A stretch of DNA of 64,000 nt, from IMG/VR virus record IMGVR_UViG_3300037294_000266, positions 1 to 64,000 of that record; one strand, given 5' to 3'. Under the pieces are notes generated by a model. The model made no database searches and had not been told where the DNA came from. It was given only the letters and a program-made list of their open reading frames with translations. The position numbers and the translations under genes were made by a program. Shown piece by piece: positions 1 through 10,148 of the stretch; the first letter of the stretch is position 1, and each line of letters opens with the position of its first letter.

Positions 1-46
1 TTTTAAATAACTGGCTTATTTTATTACTTGCTATTACCTTCTGTTA

Positions 47-75
47 GATAATGTATTGTTTAAAACGATTAGAGT
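47..75 (-). promoter_or_regulatory. putative early (virion RNAP) promoter for a gene left of the window
   Basis: Minus strand CTCTAA-N13-TACATTATC; same bipartite motif recurs about 8 times in intergenic DNA. Confidence 0.6.
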
Positions 76-92
76 GGATTCCTGACTGACGA

Positions 93-122
93 CATAAAGC
101 GGAGCCGAAGCCCCGCTTTATG
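93..122 (-). terminator. terminator after major capsid gene
   Basis: CATAAAGCGG/CCGCTTTATG stem, UUCG loop on minus strand, 3' arm runs into TATGTCG. Confidence 0.75.
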
Positions 123-199
123 TTTTTTGTCGTTTTAACCCTTACGGATTAAGGTCGACTACTAGCGCTGGAATCACTGGGGGTACCAGGTCTGCCAGA

Positions 200-2368
200 T
201 CAAGGGGCACCTGAGGTGTCACCGGGAAATGTGGCAACTGGGATCTTCCAGCCCTCCGACAACACTTCGTCCAGGCCGATCACGTTGATCTTGCCGAAGA
301 TCGGCAAGTGGTTCACGTGACGGTTACGCGGCTGAACCATCGCTTCACGGATCTGAGTTTCGTCACGGCTCACGTTAACGTGGCTGATCAGCTCAGGGAT
401 CCAGAAGTGAGTACCGCAGTTCAGTGGATCCAGGCCTTCGGTCTTGCGAGTGAAGGTCCAGAAGATCTGCTTGCGGATACGCTGGTCAACGGTCGACACC
501 TTAACGAAGTCGATGTCGTCGCCCAGAGTACGGCTGTCGCCGTCTTTCAGGATGTACGAAGCGGTCTTCGGATCGGAACCGATCAGCACGCACACTTTCT
601 CACCGGTGTAGCCGGTGTAAGCGTCGAGCGCAGTGCGGTAGTTGGATTCCAGGATTGCATCCTGAATGTCGCTACGCAGAACGTTAGCCAGAGCAGCTTG
701 GATGTCCTGCACGCGCTCGAGGGAACGCAGGCTGACAACCAGAGTACGCAGATCCAGATCACGCTCACGGAACCATGGGCGAACCAGGAAACGAGCGATG
801 CCTTCCACTTCCGGCAACAGGTCGTCGGCGTGGATGGTTTCTGCCATGAACTTCCAACGGCTCAGGCCGTCAGTGAAGCGCAGCAGGGTGGTAACAGCCA
901 TGTTGTCGTTACGCAGACGCGCAGCGGTAACCAGCAGATCGATGTCAGCCATGCCACGGGCTTCAGCCAATGGAGACGGGATCGACAGAGGGCTGCCCAG
1001 CATTACTGGATAACGCTCGGTGTACTCGGAGCTGTTCAGTTGCAGACCGCGCAGACGACGGTTGGCGTTGGACAGGCGAGCGTTCGGCTCCCAACCAATG
1101 ATAGCCAGGTCGGCCAGAGCATCAGCGATATCTTTACCTGGACCAGCAGCGGTCAGGCTCAGGCTTTCACCGGCGGCGTTGATTACTTTCTCAACAGTTA
1201 CTGGCGAGACGGAAACAGTGGCGTTGCCTTTCTCGGTGTCAGCGTTACCGGTAACAACCAGACCCAAGGTCACGGTGTAGCCGCCGTCAACGATCTGAGC
1301 GAGGGTAGCGTTACCCAGCACTTCGCCTTTGTAGTTCACGGAGCTGGCATTGATCTGTACCGAGCTGGTACGGAAGTTCAATTCCAGTTCGCGAGCCAGA
1401 CCCTGAGGGCCTTTGATGAACTGCGCACGCGGCAAGTTCTCAACGTCGAAACGCAGCACGTCGCTGTCGCCTTTACGCAGGTACAGAGCCTTCAGACCAA
1501 CAGCGCGGTCCATGGCATCAGTTTGGTTCGCTTGACCGGCGATCTTGACCAGAGTGTTCTGGGCCAGAGCTACCAGGTTAACGCGCTTGCCAACCAACAG
1601 TGGACTGGTGGTAACAGTGCGGTTGCCCAGATCGATCGAACGGCTTTCAACAACGGCAGTCGGAACGAACAGGTCCAGGTTGGCGTCGTGAATTTCTGGA
1701 ACCAATGCAGTGCTCTGGTCGGCCAGGATTTCGTAGTTGATCGCAGCTTCAAGCAGACGGCGCTGTTTGAAATCGGCGTGGTCGCCACGGGTGTTGTGCA
1801 GGAAGTGGTTCAGAACCAGGTGGCTGCGAATGGTGACGTCAGCGCCGCCCTGCTCAGGAGTCAGGATAACGGTGCGGTAGAAACCTTCAGCGAACTCGCC
1901 TTGTTTGGCAACTTTCTGGTTGTAGGTCATGGACAGACCGATGAAGTCGGTCAGGTTCGAGTTGTCGAACGCTTCCATGGAGGCAACAGCCTTTTCCATG
2001 AAGTCGTAGTCACCCAGCGACTCAACCGAAACAACGCTACCTTTGGCAGGAGCAGACATGTTCGAAGCAGCCAGAGCGCTACGAGCATACACAGCTGGAT
2101 CGTGGGCAGCCATTGCGATTACGCCAACGGCGTTACGCTGGGCTTCGCTCAGAACCACACCGTTGCTTTCCATCGACGGCATCAGGCCAGCAATGGCAGA
2201 TTCCATGGAAATGTTCAGGTTGTCTTTGTCCAGGACGCTCAGCGATTCCATCGAGGCGATGCCGCCGATAGTCGTGAAGCCTTGGTTGGCATATTTGGAC
2301 TGCAGATCCTGGGCTTGCTGATTCAGCATTTCCTGGCTGCTTGGCGTACGCTTACCGATCACGCTCAT
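200..2368 (-). CDS. major capsid protein (phiKZ gp120-like)
   Basis: 722 aa; N-terminal propeptide with repeated S-x-E sites (ASMES, ISMES, PSMES, ASMEA); C-terminal QPRNRHVNHLPI motif; strong codon bias; next to DnaB as in phiKZ-like phages. Confidence 0.9.
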   Translation of the reverse strand: MSVIGKRTPSSQEMLNQQAQDLQSKYANQGFTTIGGIASMESLSVLDKDNLNISMESAIAGLMPSMESNGVVLSEAQRNAVGVIAMAAHDPAVYARSALAASNMSAPAKGSVVSVESLGDYDFMEKAVASMEAFDNSNLTDFIGLSMTYNQKVAKQGEFAEGFYRTVILTPEQGGADVTIRSHLVLNHFLHNTRGDHADFKQRRLLEAAINYEILADQSTALVPEIHDANLDLFVPTAVVESRSIDLGNRTVTTSPLLVGKRVNLVALAQNTLVKIAGQANQTDAMDRAVGLKALYLRKGDSDVLRFDVENLPRAQFIKGPQGLARELELNFRTSSVQINASSVNYKGEVLGNATLAQIVDGGYTVTLGLVVTGNADTEKGNATVSVSPVTVEKVINAAGESLSLTAAGPGKDIADALADLAIIGWEPNARLSNANRRLRGLQLNSSEYTERYPVMLGSPLSIPSPLAEARGMADIDLLVTAARLRNDNMAVTTLLRFTDGLSRWKFMAETIHADDLLPEVEGIARFLVRPWFRERDLDLRTLVVSLRSLERVQDIQAALANVLRSDIQDAILESNYRTALDAYTGYTGEKVCVLIGSDPKTASYILKDGDSRTLGDDIDFVKVSTVDQRIRKQIFWTFTRKTEGLDPLNCGTHFWIPELISHVNVSRDETQIREAMVQPRNRHVNHLPIFGKINVIGLDEVLSEGWKIPVATFPGDTSGAP

Positions 2369-2488
2369 TTCTTGTTTCTCCGGAGTTGTGCTGCGCGCGC
2401 AGCGATAAATGCGATACCTGAGTTCTCTTTAGCGTCCCTCAGGACATGCGCAATTTTGCATACCATTGCAATAAACTCGCAACGGCCT

Positions 2489-3037
2489 TCAATAAAATAC
2501 ATGGTCTGTTGGTATTTCGTCTACGAAGCGTTGGAACACGCCCGTCTTAGAAACACTGCGTTGACCGATTCGACCGTGGAGTAACTTAGACACTTTCTTA
2601 GCGAACGTGGAGTTATCAGCCAGTTGATCTTCACTGCACTGACCGACAGGGATCAGACGCACTACCAGGGTTTCCAACTCTGTGAATTCAACTTCGACAC
2701 AGAGGCCGTCATTGATCATTGCTTCGTTAGTCGCCCCATAGATAAGAGTATCTAACGAAACATTAGCGCAGCTAGCACGTTCTTCCAAAGTAGGAGTTGG
2801 TAGAGCCGCATCAAAGCTGGCCATGATTACAGCGCGTTCGGCTGGGGCGTCAATACCGAACTTGACCAGTACATCACTGGCTTGAAAGTTCAGCATCTTG
2901 TAAATCAAAAGATCTCTGGGTGATAGTATGCCAGAAAGTTTTTCACAGTCAGCAAGATCATCGGACGTGACCTCCAGCTCCTTCATCACGAGGTTGAGCC
3001 AGCACGGTACAATGACCAATTTGATTTTGCTCATCAT
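2489..3037 (-). CDS. hypothetical protein between capsid and DnaB genes
   Basis: 182-aa ORF filling the gap; position as in phiKZ gp118-120 block. Confidence 0.7.
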   Translation of the reverse strand: MMSKIKLVIVPCWLNLVMKELEVTSDDLADCEKLSGILSPRDLLIYKMLNFQASDVLVKFGIDAPAERAVIMASFDAALPTPTLEERASCANVSLDTLIYGATNEAMINDGLCVEVEFTELETLVVRLIPVGQCSEDQLADNSTFAKKVSKLLHGRIGQRSVSKTGVFQRFVDEIPTDHVFY

Positions 3038-3076
3038 CAGAATTCATCCTCTATTAGAGCAGTTTAGGACTATAGA

Positions 3077-4645
3077 ATGGACATCAAGTTATTCCTAGTC
3101 AAATCCGTTTCGCTGTTGTTTCTTGAAAGTCAGCTGGAAGGCTACCGGTCAGCAAACGCAACGATAATCAGACAGATCCTTACGGATCTCAAGCTCCCCG
3201 AAAACATCGGAGAGATCGGTGATGGGAGAAATGTCCTGTCGAACCTTCGCACCACAGTACTGTGGATGATTAATGAAGGTGATTCACAGAGATATGAGCC
3301 AGATACGCTCTTGCAGCGACTGCGCATGAATCTCCAATCGGACGAGACTACCTATAAAGCGTTCGAAAAGACCATCCGCGCTTACGCTGACGAGTCGGTT
3401 ATACGTAAGCACATTAACGACATTGGCCGAGAGTTACGTCGTTATAAAAGTCGCGAGAAGCTTAATGAGATCATGCGTAAAGCATCGTATCAGTTAGCGT
3501 TTCGTGAAGCAGAGATTGAAGATTGGGACGGGTTCATTCTTAACACTGCCCAAGACCTTCTTTCGGTTGACATGGAGAACGAAGAGAAGACAGACCCTGC
3601 CTTCATTACTAGTGTTAACTTCACCGATCGCGATTCCGTTGTCAACGCGTTTGATGACATGCATAAGTCGATGAGTACTGAAGGCATCATCAAGTGGCCA
3701 CTTAAGGCACTCAATCGGATGATGGGTAAACAAGCTGGAGGCCGGCGCGGTGAGTTCGGTCTTGTCAATGCCCTACCCGGCAACAACAAGTCAGGAACGC
3801 TTCTAGACCTCTTTGTAGGGACGTGTATCTTTAACGACCCTTATGTATTCAATGAAGGAAAGAAACCGCTGGTGCTGCTCTACAGTACCGAGGATGACGT
3901 GCCAGTCATCATTCAGAAGATCTACGTGATCCTCAAGCAGTTAGAACTCGGTCATGCGGTGTCACTTAAGGGTGTGTCGGCTACTGAAGCTGCTGACTAC
4001 GTCATGGGTAAACTGCAGGCTCGAGGATGGTACGCTGAGATTCACCGTATCAAGGGTTCTCAATTCAGCTATGCCAAATACATCAAACACCTTGAGCAAT
4101 ACAAAGCAAAAGGGTACGAGGTATGTGCATCGTTTGTTGATTACTTGGCCATGTACAGTAAAGACGGTTGTGTCCAAGGTTCTACTGGTGACGATCTTCA
4201 AGATCTTTACAAGCGTGTTCGTGAATACACAGCTCCTGAGAAGATCCTTCAGGTAACTGCACACCAGTTGTCTACTCAGGCAAAAGAAGAGAAGCGGATG
4301 AACCCGTCTAAGTTCATTCGAGACATGCCAGGTGGTGGTTACTACCAAGGCTGTAAGAAACTTGATACTGAAGTGGATTGGGAGTTCTACATCAACAAGC
4401 AGGTGGTTAACAACGGCACCTACTTCGAATACCTCTGGGGTAAACATCGTGGCGTGGTTGAGCCGACAGCGGAGACTCATAAGTACTTTGTAATGAAGTG
4501 CAATGATAACCACATGTACGGTATTCGTTACGACTATGATCTCGAGGAAGATCTGAGTTATAAGATCGTAGGCGGACGACCTAGTTCGGCTGGCGGTGGG
4601 ATGGCTTGGAACGACATTGAAGAAATGAACGACATGGCTGCATAG
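3077..4645 (+). CDS. dnaB: DnaB-like replicative helicase (phiKZ gp118-like)
   Basis: GGRRGE followed by Walker A-like ALPGNNKSG; YSTED; VDYL Walker B; TAHQLS; GKHRG arginine finger. Confidence 0.85.
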   Translation: MDIKLFLVKSVSLLFLESQLEGYRSANATIIRQILTDLKLPENIGEIGDGRNVLSNLRTTVLWMINEGDSQRYEPDTLLQRLRMNLQSDETTYKAFEKTIRAYADESVIRKHINDIGRELRRYKSREKLNEIMRKASYQLAFREAEIEDWDGFILNTAQDLLSVDMENEEKTDPAFITSVNFTDRDSVVNAFDDMHKSMSTEGIIKWPLKALNRMMGKQAGGRRGEFGLVNALPGNNKSGTLLDLFVGTCIFNDPYVFNEGKKPLVLLYSTEDDVPVIIQKIYVILKQLELGHAVSLKGVSATEAADYVMGKLQARGWYAEIHRIKGSQFSYAKYIKHLEQYKAKGYEVCASFVDYLAMYSKDGCVQGSTGDDLQDLYKRVREYTAPEKILQVTAHQLSTQAKEEKRMNPSKFIRDMPGGGYYQGCKKLDTEVDWEFYINKQVVNNGTYFEYLWGKHRGVVEPTAETHKYFVMKCNDNHMYGIRYDYDLEEDLSYKIVGGRPSSAGGGMAWNDIEEMNDMAA

Positions 4646-4647
4646 AA

Positions 4648-4682
4648 CATACAGGGAGGGCAAACGCCCTCCCTGTATGCCG
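4648..4682. terminator. bidirectional terminator between convergent genes
   Basis: 14-bp perfect stem CATACAGGGAGGGC/GCCCTCCCTGTATG, then CCG. Confidence 0.8.
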
Positions 4683-4689
4683 TGTGCCG

Positions 4690-5313
4690 TTAAACGACTT
4701 CTTCAAGAACAGGCCACCAGCCACTTTCGTTACTGATGTAAGTGTCACCTGCAAATGAACCTGTCCGGATATTGCCTTTTGTACTGTTGCGACGGAGCTT
4801 AGCCGTTGGAGACCCTATGCGACTTTCCTTACAGAAAATAGAGAATCCATTACCAGACATGAATCCGAGAGTGGTCGCTGATAACTGCTCTAAACGAGGT
4901 CCTGTATAACTAGGATCACGGCCAGTACTGATCGAGTAGAACAGTTCATTGAACTCACAGTCATCATCATTCACGTTTGATTCTGTGGGATCGATCTCAG
5001 CACCTTGAAGGAGCCGACAGACATACTGTTTCCCGCCATAGTTAAATGTCTTGCCGAGAACCACCCCAGCCGCATTCAGCTGGTTCCATGACATCCCGTA
5101 ACGCATAGGGCCCTTAGAAATGTAACGTACCTTAGAACCCCTTTTAAACTTTATCCAGTCGCTGTCCGCCCGCGTGCCAGAAGTAAGGCCTACATACGCA
5201 GCCAGAGCAGATGAAGTGATTAGATTAGACGCTAAGACCACTCCCAGATACTCAAGAACTTCAACGACAGGCCCTTTCCGGATTCCAGCAGCAGCGGTTA
5301 ATTGTATTCTCAC
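4690..5313 (-). CDS. putative virion adhesin, WxKF...GW(R/W)PxLE domain; paralog of 24559..25233
   Basis: Shared motifs WIKF/WLKF, SWNQLNAAGV/SRDQLNAVGV, CRLL/VRLL, EFNEL/EWNRL, GWWPVLE/GWRPLLE; N-terminus MRIQLTAAAG. Confidence 0.6.
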   Translation of the reverse strand: MRIQLTAAAGIRKGPVVEVLEYLGVVLASNLITSSALAAYVGLTSGTRADSDWIKFKRGSKVRYISKGPMRYGMSWNQLNAAGVVLGKTFNYGGKQYVCRLLQGAEIDPTESNVNDDDCEFNELFYSISTGRDPSYTGPRLEQLSATTLGFMSGNGFSIFCKESRIGSPTAKLRRNSTKGNIRTGSFAGDTYISNESGWWPVLEEVV

Positions 5314-5324
5314 TTCAATGTTCC

Positions 5325-5945
5325 TTAAGGGGCAGTTGCAGAAGCTATAGCTTCAATCAAAACGACCTGTTCAGCAATCGTTGCATTGAGCCGAGTGATT
5401 TCGTTACTCAGTCGTATGATCGTCGCCGTATCCGTTTCATTCACTGCTACGGCATTCTCACGAGCCAGAGTCAACTGAGCATGTTTTGTTTCACTGACGT
5501 AATCTGTAGCAATGCCACGGGTTGGGGTGATGACAGGGTCGACACCGATCTTTGCCGTCACTGCTTCACGAATGGCTTCTGTTACATCGTCAATGTTCCG
5601 GTAGTCAGGCCACATACCAAGCGACACACCGATGATCAACCGACTGTAAGGAACGCTGCCCATGTTCGGATATGCATCGACGTAGGTATCGGGTACATAA
5701 ATCAGATTACCTGCTTTATCTCGCAGACAAACGATCAACGCCCCTTCGGCTTTATCACGGTCAAGATCAGCCTGAGTCAGTTCGACTGGTGTGTAAACTA
5801 ACTTAAGAGGGTTCTGGTTACGGCTAATGACCTCATCGAATGAACGGTGAGCAATGACCGAATAACTAGCAGTGCTACTAACTGAGAACGGAGCTCTGAG
5901 TACGAATGATCCAGAGGCGCCCATTGGAGGAGTTTTACGTGCCAT
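5325..5945 (-). CDS. hypothetical protein, C-terminal coiled coil (likely late)
   Basis: 206-aa ORF; ATCCTATG core upstream at 5991-5998. Confidence 0.7.
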   Translation of the reverse strand: MARKTPPMGASGSFVLRAPFSVSSTASYSVIAHRSFDEVISRNQNPLKLVYTPVELTQADLDRDKAEGALIVCLRDKAGNLIYVPDTYVDAYPNMGSVPYSRLIIGVSLGMWPDYRNIDDVTEAIREAVTAKIGVDPVITPTRGIATDYVSETKHAQLTLARENAVAVNETDTATIIRLSNEITRLNATIAEQVVLIEAIASATAP

Positions 5946-5990
5946 ATTAAATCTCTACCCAAAGAAAAAAAGAAAGGGCTGTTAAGCTGT

Positions 5991-5998
5991 CATAGGAT
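5991..5998 (-). promoter_or_regulatory. putative late promoter (ATCCTATG)
   Basis: TATG is the known phiKZ late core; ATCCTATG also at 16745(+), 18009(+), 54830(-), 58051(-), with variants at 12894(+), 32507(-), 61917(-). Confidence 0.55.
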
Positions 5999-6039
5999 AA
6001 CCAAAATAAAAGAAGGGGTGGGGCCGAAGCCCCACCTTA

Positions 6040-6603
6040 TCAATCCAGGCCAGGCACAGCCCAAGGCATCGCCTCAGACAATTTAACCCGACGCTTACCG
6101 CGATACTTCTTTACAGTCTTAGCACGTTCTGCGCATGCTGCTGCAATAGCCGTAACGTAACGGTTATCTTTATCACGGCTATTACCACCACAGAAGTAGA
6201 CAGCCGGGACCTCAGCCATCTTACCCACACAGACGTAGTAGTACTGTACTTTACCAGTATCGCGAACAGACACGCAGACACCAGGTTCACCTACCTTGAT
6301 GGCTTTGGTATCACGTTCATGCAGGACCCGTCGAGTACCCGGCGCCAATAACTCGCTGTTGGCGTACAGGCACTTCATAGCTTCTTTGTACGATTGAGCA
6401 GCAGTGCCATGAACACTGTCGTAAAAGACAGCGTTACTGATTGCCTTGGAATCGTTGTTACGAGACACCGTCCAACGATGCCGGCCTTTGGTATGATCAC
6501 GGTACAGTCCCTTTACCTTTGGAACAAGGCCGAGGTTCTGGATGAAGTAAGCAGTGCTGAGTACCATTACATCAGAAGCATTGGAGTCCATGTAAAACCT
6601 CAC
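6040..6603 (-). CDS. basic early protein, possible AP2-like DNA-binding domains
   Basis: Two beta-rich segments each followed by an amphipathic helix (SYKEAMKCL; AIAAACAER); downstream of early motif. Confidence 0.45.
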   Translation of the reverse strand: MRFYMDSNASDVMVLSTAYFIQNLGLVPKVKGLYRDHTKGRHRWTVSRNNDSKAISNAVFYDSVHGTAAQSYKEAMKCLYANSELLAPGTRRVLHERDTKAIKVGEPGVCVSVRDTGKVQYYYVCVGKMAEVPAVYFCGGNSRDKDNRYVTAIAAACAERAKTVKKYRGKRRVKLSEAMPWAVPGLD

Positions 6604-6644
6604 AGTGGTTATAAAGGGCTACTTCGGCAGCCCTTGTCATTAGT

Positions 6645-6673
6645 AGAATGTATTGTTGAAAAACTTTCGAATC
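6645..6673 (-). promoter_or_regulatory. putative early promoter
   Basis: TTCGAA-N13-TACATT on minus strand. Confidence 0.65.
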
Positions 6674-7451
6674 AATACGGACGAATGCCGATTGGTTTAT
6701 CATTACGGTCGTAGCAGATCGGATATTCGCAGAAACCACCTGCTGCTTGAACTGTAGTTTCCTGAACAACCGGCAGATAGTTACGCAGTTCAGCCTTTGG
6801 CACCTGTTTGCCATTGATGAAACATGAGTCGTCTAGCTGCGGCGCGCAGCGAGCTTCTTTGACCACTACCCCAGCATCCTCTTGGGTTTCAATCTTACCG
6901 CTCTTCCAAGTAGCGTAGCCGCCGTCATAGTGACGATCCATCTCCCAGACGATGCCGTCTTCTGGAACATTGGCATCTTGGTAGAACTGATGAAGGATAT
7001 TGCCTGCTTCACGGTACGAAACAGCCTCACCACCAAACCCAGGACCGGTATCGAACAGGTAGGCTACTGGTTTACCGTCACTGCTTTCGCTGATGTAGTA
7101 CCAGATCGACAGCCGGGCCCAGATGTCATCAGGATAGAAGCCAGCCTTATAGGTCTTGGCATTACATTTGCCATTGCGGCACTGGACGCCCATGTGGTTG
7201 GAGTAACGGATATTGCGTTGAGTCTGTGGGTCCCATTCTTCTATGTCACGAGGAATGCTCAACCAAGAACACAGAAGGAAGTCGGCAGCACCTGGGCGCT
7301 GATTGACTTTACATGGAATGGCTTCAGGCAGGCCTTCCTTAGAAAGTTCATTCGGAAATAACCGCCCACCACCTTCGTACGCCACACTGGCAGTAGCGAC
7401 ATTTGCCAGCAGTGTAATGACAACACCCATTAACATGATTGACTTTTTCAT
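6672..7451 (-). CDS. exported Cys-rich protein with signal peptide
   Basis: MKK + hydrophobic stretch + ATA/ASVA cleavage region; 8 Cys. Confidence 0.65.
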   Translation of the reverse strand: MKKSIMLMGVVITLLANVATASVAYEGGGRLFPNELSKEGLPEAIPCKVNQRPGAADFLLCSWLSIPRDIEEWDPQTQRNIRYSNHMGVQCRNGKCNAKTYKAGFYPDDIWARLSIWYYISESSDGKPVAYLFDTGPGFGGEAVSYREAGNILHQFYQDANVPEDGIVWEMDRHYDGGYATWKSGKIETQEDAGVVVKEARCAPQLDDSCFINGKQVPKAELRNYLPVVQETTVQAAGGFCEYPICYDRNDKPIGIRPY

Positions 7452-7474
7452 TTTGCAGATTCCTTTTAAATAGA

Positions 7475-7510
7475 CGGCATAAGAGGCTGGGGATTTCCCC
7501 AGCCTCTATT
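7475..7510 (-). terminator. hairpin terminator with TATGCCG tail
   Basis: AGAGGCTGGGG/CCCCAGCCTCT stem; CGGCATA on left flank. Confidence 0.75.
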
Positions 7511-7517
7511 ACGGATG

Positions 7518-7919
7518 TTACTTACCGAGAGTGTCGTAAGCGTCGTAACACTTGACAGTCAGTTCTTCTGTGATGTTGACTCGAGTCTTGAGATCAGGGA
7601 TCTCGCCATCTTCAGACCAGACTTTCCAGAAACCAGGCCCAGGCAGTCCCATGTCACGGCCCGACTTACGTACAACAAGAACTGTAAGGTCAGGGAGGCC
7701 TATTCCTTTACAGAAATTGAATACGTCGTACAGTACCGGAGAGATGGCTTGTGCCAGAGCATTTCCTTTGGACGGGAGTCCTAGATAAATCGCCAAGGTT
7801 TCGTAGTTGATTGTCTCACGACGACATGCCAGCATTTGAAGGGTGTTGAGGCAGTGGAGAGCACGTAGTTGACGTACCGTCATTGCTTCGACTTCGTTTA
7901 CAAGGGGTTTAGCTTCCAT
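7518..7919 (-). CDS. hypothetical protein, winged-helix-like
   Basis: TINYETLA...LPDLTVLVVRK..GLPGPGF pattern recalls N-terminal domains of HNH/Mrr-type proteins. Confidence 0.5.
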   Translation of the reverse strand: MEAKPLVNEVEAMTVRQLRALHCLNTLQMLACRRETINYETLAIYLGLPSKGNALAQAISPVLYDVFNFCKGIGLPDLTVLVVRKSGRDMGLPGPGFWKVWSEDGEIPDLKTRVNITEELTVKCYDAYDTLGK

Positions 7920-7986
7920 GGGAAGACTCCTTTGCTACATTGGTAGCGTGGGTTGTGTCACTTTAGTGACGGGTGGGTGTAACTGA

Positions 7987-8280
7987 TTAATCGTACGGCA
8001 GGAAATTGTTTATTGCTTTCCACCACGATTTAACATTGGCGAAGGTGGTCATGAAGCTGCCAATGTAAACTGCACTAGCAAACATCCAATGCTCTATCTC
8101 ACGACTATATGTCACCACGATAGCGGTAACGATACCCCATCCGATAAAGAGCATGATGAGTGTTATGCCAGAGGCCTTAGGAGGCGTTTGATTCAATAGG
8201 TAGCCTACGTGTAGGAAACCGTAGATGGCACACCATGTAAATACAACTGCTCCAATCAGGAGAATTACCCAAAGTTCCAT
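7987..8280 (-). CDS. small membrane protein (3 TM)
   Basis: Three hydrophobic segments. Confidence 0.65.
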   Translation of the reverse strand: MELWVILLIGAVVFTWCAIYGFLHVGYLLNQTPPKASGITLIMLFIGWGIVTAIVVTYSREIEHWMFASAVYIGSFMTTFANVKSWWKAINNFLPYD

Positions 8281-8288
8281 CGTTATTC

Positions 8289-8498
8289 CTAGGGAGGTGA
8301 GTTAAAGTACAGGGCGTATGCAATATACAAAACCCCCCATACAATACCCATGGCTACAGGCCATTCTAGAGCAGATATAACCACCCAACGCAACAGAGCG
8401 ACGCGAAGACCGACGATAGAAAACACCTGCCATTGAGACAGCGTCATCAATGTAGCAATGACCATCGCTATCGCCATCAATAAACCATTGTCAGTCAT
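8289..8498 (-). CDS. small membrane protein
   Basis: Hydrophobic 69 aa, tightly packed in operon. Confidence 0.55.
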   Translation of the reverse strand: MTDNGLLMAIAMVIATLMTLSQWQVFSIVGLRVALLRWVVISALEWPVAMGIVWGVLYIAYALYFNSPP

Positions 8499-9113
8499 TT
8501 ACCGCCCCTTAAGAATAAGCGCTTTCATTTCAGCTTCATGGTAACTGTAGAAGATGTTCTTCTTCTCGACCTCAATGAGACGGTCATAGATGCGCTTCAT
8601 CAAATAACGGAAATCACCACCCACCTGTTTCCAGAGTTCGTAGTAAGCCGCCATCATGACTTCGACACTTTCAATCACGGTCTTCAACGGATTCTTCTGA
8701 CCCATGTGATCAACGTCTTCAATCGCCTTGGCTAGAATGCCTACATGCCGAATGAGTAGATTGAGTGGAGCATCACCATCCCAACCTTCACTCGACATGA
8801 ATTCTTCAAACTGATAGTTGCAAGTGTTCATCATGGAGAAAGCCACAATGAACCCATCAACGACCAGTATCTCCAGACGGCGGCGATTGTTATCGTGAAT
8901 GTTCAACTCACCCACGATGCCGTATTCCCGAATCGTCGTATGCAGATGGGCTACATATTTACACTGGTGTAAAACCAGATGCACCAAACGATGATGTTTG
9001 TTAAGGGTGTAAATGTCCGTGTGAAACAGTCTGTCGTGAAGCTCTTGCCGATACTGAAGATCTGCAAAAGCAAACGACATGTCACGTAACGACGGTTCTG
9101 GAAGTGTCGACAT
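8499..9113 (-). CDS. all-alpha protein, possible MazG-like NTP pyrophosphatase
   Basis: His-rich helical motif LHD..FHTD..RLVHLVLHQCKY and VDGFIV helix. Confidence 0.4.
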   Translation of the reverse strand: MSTLPEPSLRDMSFAFADLQYRQELHDRLFHTDIYTLNKHHRLVHLVLHQCKYVAHLHTTIREYGIVGELNIHDNNRRRLEILVVDGFIVAFSMMNTCNYQFEEFMSSEGWDGDAPLNLLIRHVGILAKAIEDVDHMGQKNPLKTVIESVEVMMAAYYELWKQVGGDFRYLMKRIYDRLIEVEKKNIFYSYHEAEMKALILKGR

Positions 9114-9143
9114 GGCAATCGCCTTGTTTAAATGAACTGTGGG

Positions 9144-10139
9144 TCATACCAGGTTCTTGGCGGTCAATGCCCACCAGACCAGCTTGAGTCGTTGCCTGAA
9201 GGTCGGCTTATCAAACGGGTTCTCCAACATCGTCCGAATGTTCAAACCATTCTCTGACGAATACGCCGCTGCTTGAGCATGCCCACCGCCATTCCACTGC
9301 TCAGCGATTTTAGAAACATCGACCCCATCTTTACGAGAACGTAAGCTGAAGATCGTACGCTCACTTCGACGGGTGTAGCAGCAGACGAAATCATACTCGT
9401 CGAGCAGTTTGTCACTGAGCTTGTTACGAAGATGGTGAGGCGAGTTGATCATCACGAATGAATGACCCTTATAATTACCCACCAGTGGATAGTTCTTACT
9501 GACCGACTTGATGATCCCAGAGTCATACTTCATCAGAACCATGCCGATGTCCATGATCGCCGGATGTACATCGCCATCATCATTGACCATTTCATCAAGA
9601 CGTTTAAAGTCATGACCACCGCCGTTCAGCAACCAGTCGTTTACTGGCATCGTGGCACTGAAGTTAAACTTCCATAGGTCATAATCTTCGATGTAACGGA
9701 GAGCCATTGGTACTCGATCAAGCCAACCTTCACGAGTCAGCTCATTGTTGAAGAAAGCCCAGGTCAGTACTGCACCCGAATGACCTACATCAGCAAGGAT
9801 CCAAATCGGAACATCTGCACTGTCGCGCTGCAGCAGGTAATTGGAATATGACCATACCGCCGGCAGATGAGACAATTTATCAATCGCCGTTTTATGGTGA
9901 TCGATAATCAAGATGGATTTAATGTGGCGTGGGTAAAGCATCTCGATCTGTTCGGGCGTTAACGACAGATCTACGACGATCAAATGCTTGTCGTAGATCA
10001 TCGCTGGCAGTTCTTCGCCGTACTGATACTGGATAAACTGAGTATCTTCAGGGAGGACTTTACTTGCTGCCCAGGCTGACGCCATGCCGTCATTACAGCC
10101 ACGGTGATACAGTACGACAGTCTTGATATTCATGTTCAT
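9144..10139 (-). CDS. DHH/DHHA1 family phosphoesterase
   Basis: YH..CNDG, VDLS, IDHH, DYDLW, SLRS, GGGH.AA motifs. Confidence 0.9.
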   Translation of the reverse strand: MNMNIKTVVLYHRGCNDGMASAWAASKVLPEDTQFIQYQYGEELPAMIYDKHLIVVDLSLTPEQIEMLYPRHIKSILIIDHHKTAIDKLSHLPAVWSYSNYLLQRDSADVPIWILADVGHSGAVLTWAFFNNELTREGWLDRVPMALRYIEDYDLWKFNFSATMPVNDWLLNGGGHDFKRLDEMVNDDGDVHPAIMDIGMVLMKYDSGIIKSVSKNYPLVGNYKGHSFVMINSPHHLRNKLSDKLLDEYDFVCCYTRRSERTIFSLRSRKDGVDVSKIAEQWNGGGHAQAAAYSSENGLNIRTMLENPFDKPTFRQRLKLVWWALTAKNLV

Positions 10140-10148
10140 CAGATGTCC

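Noticed and set aside
308-2584. 758-aa ORF antisense to the capsid gene
   Set aside because: Shadow ORF caused by strong codon bias; no recognisable motifs.
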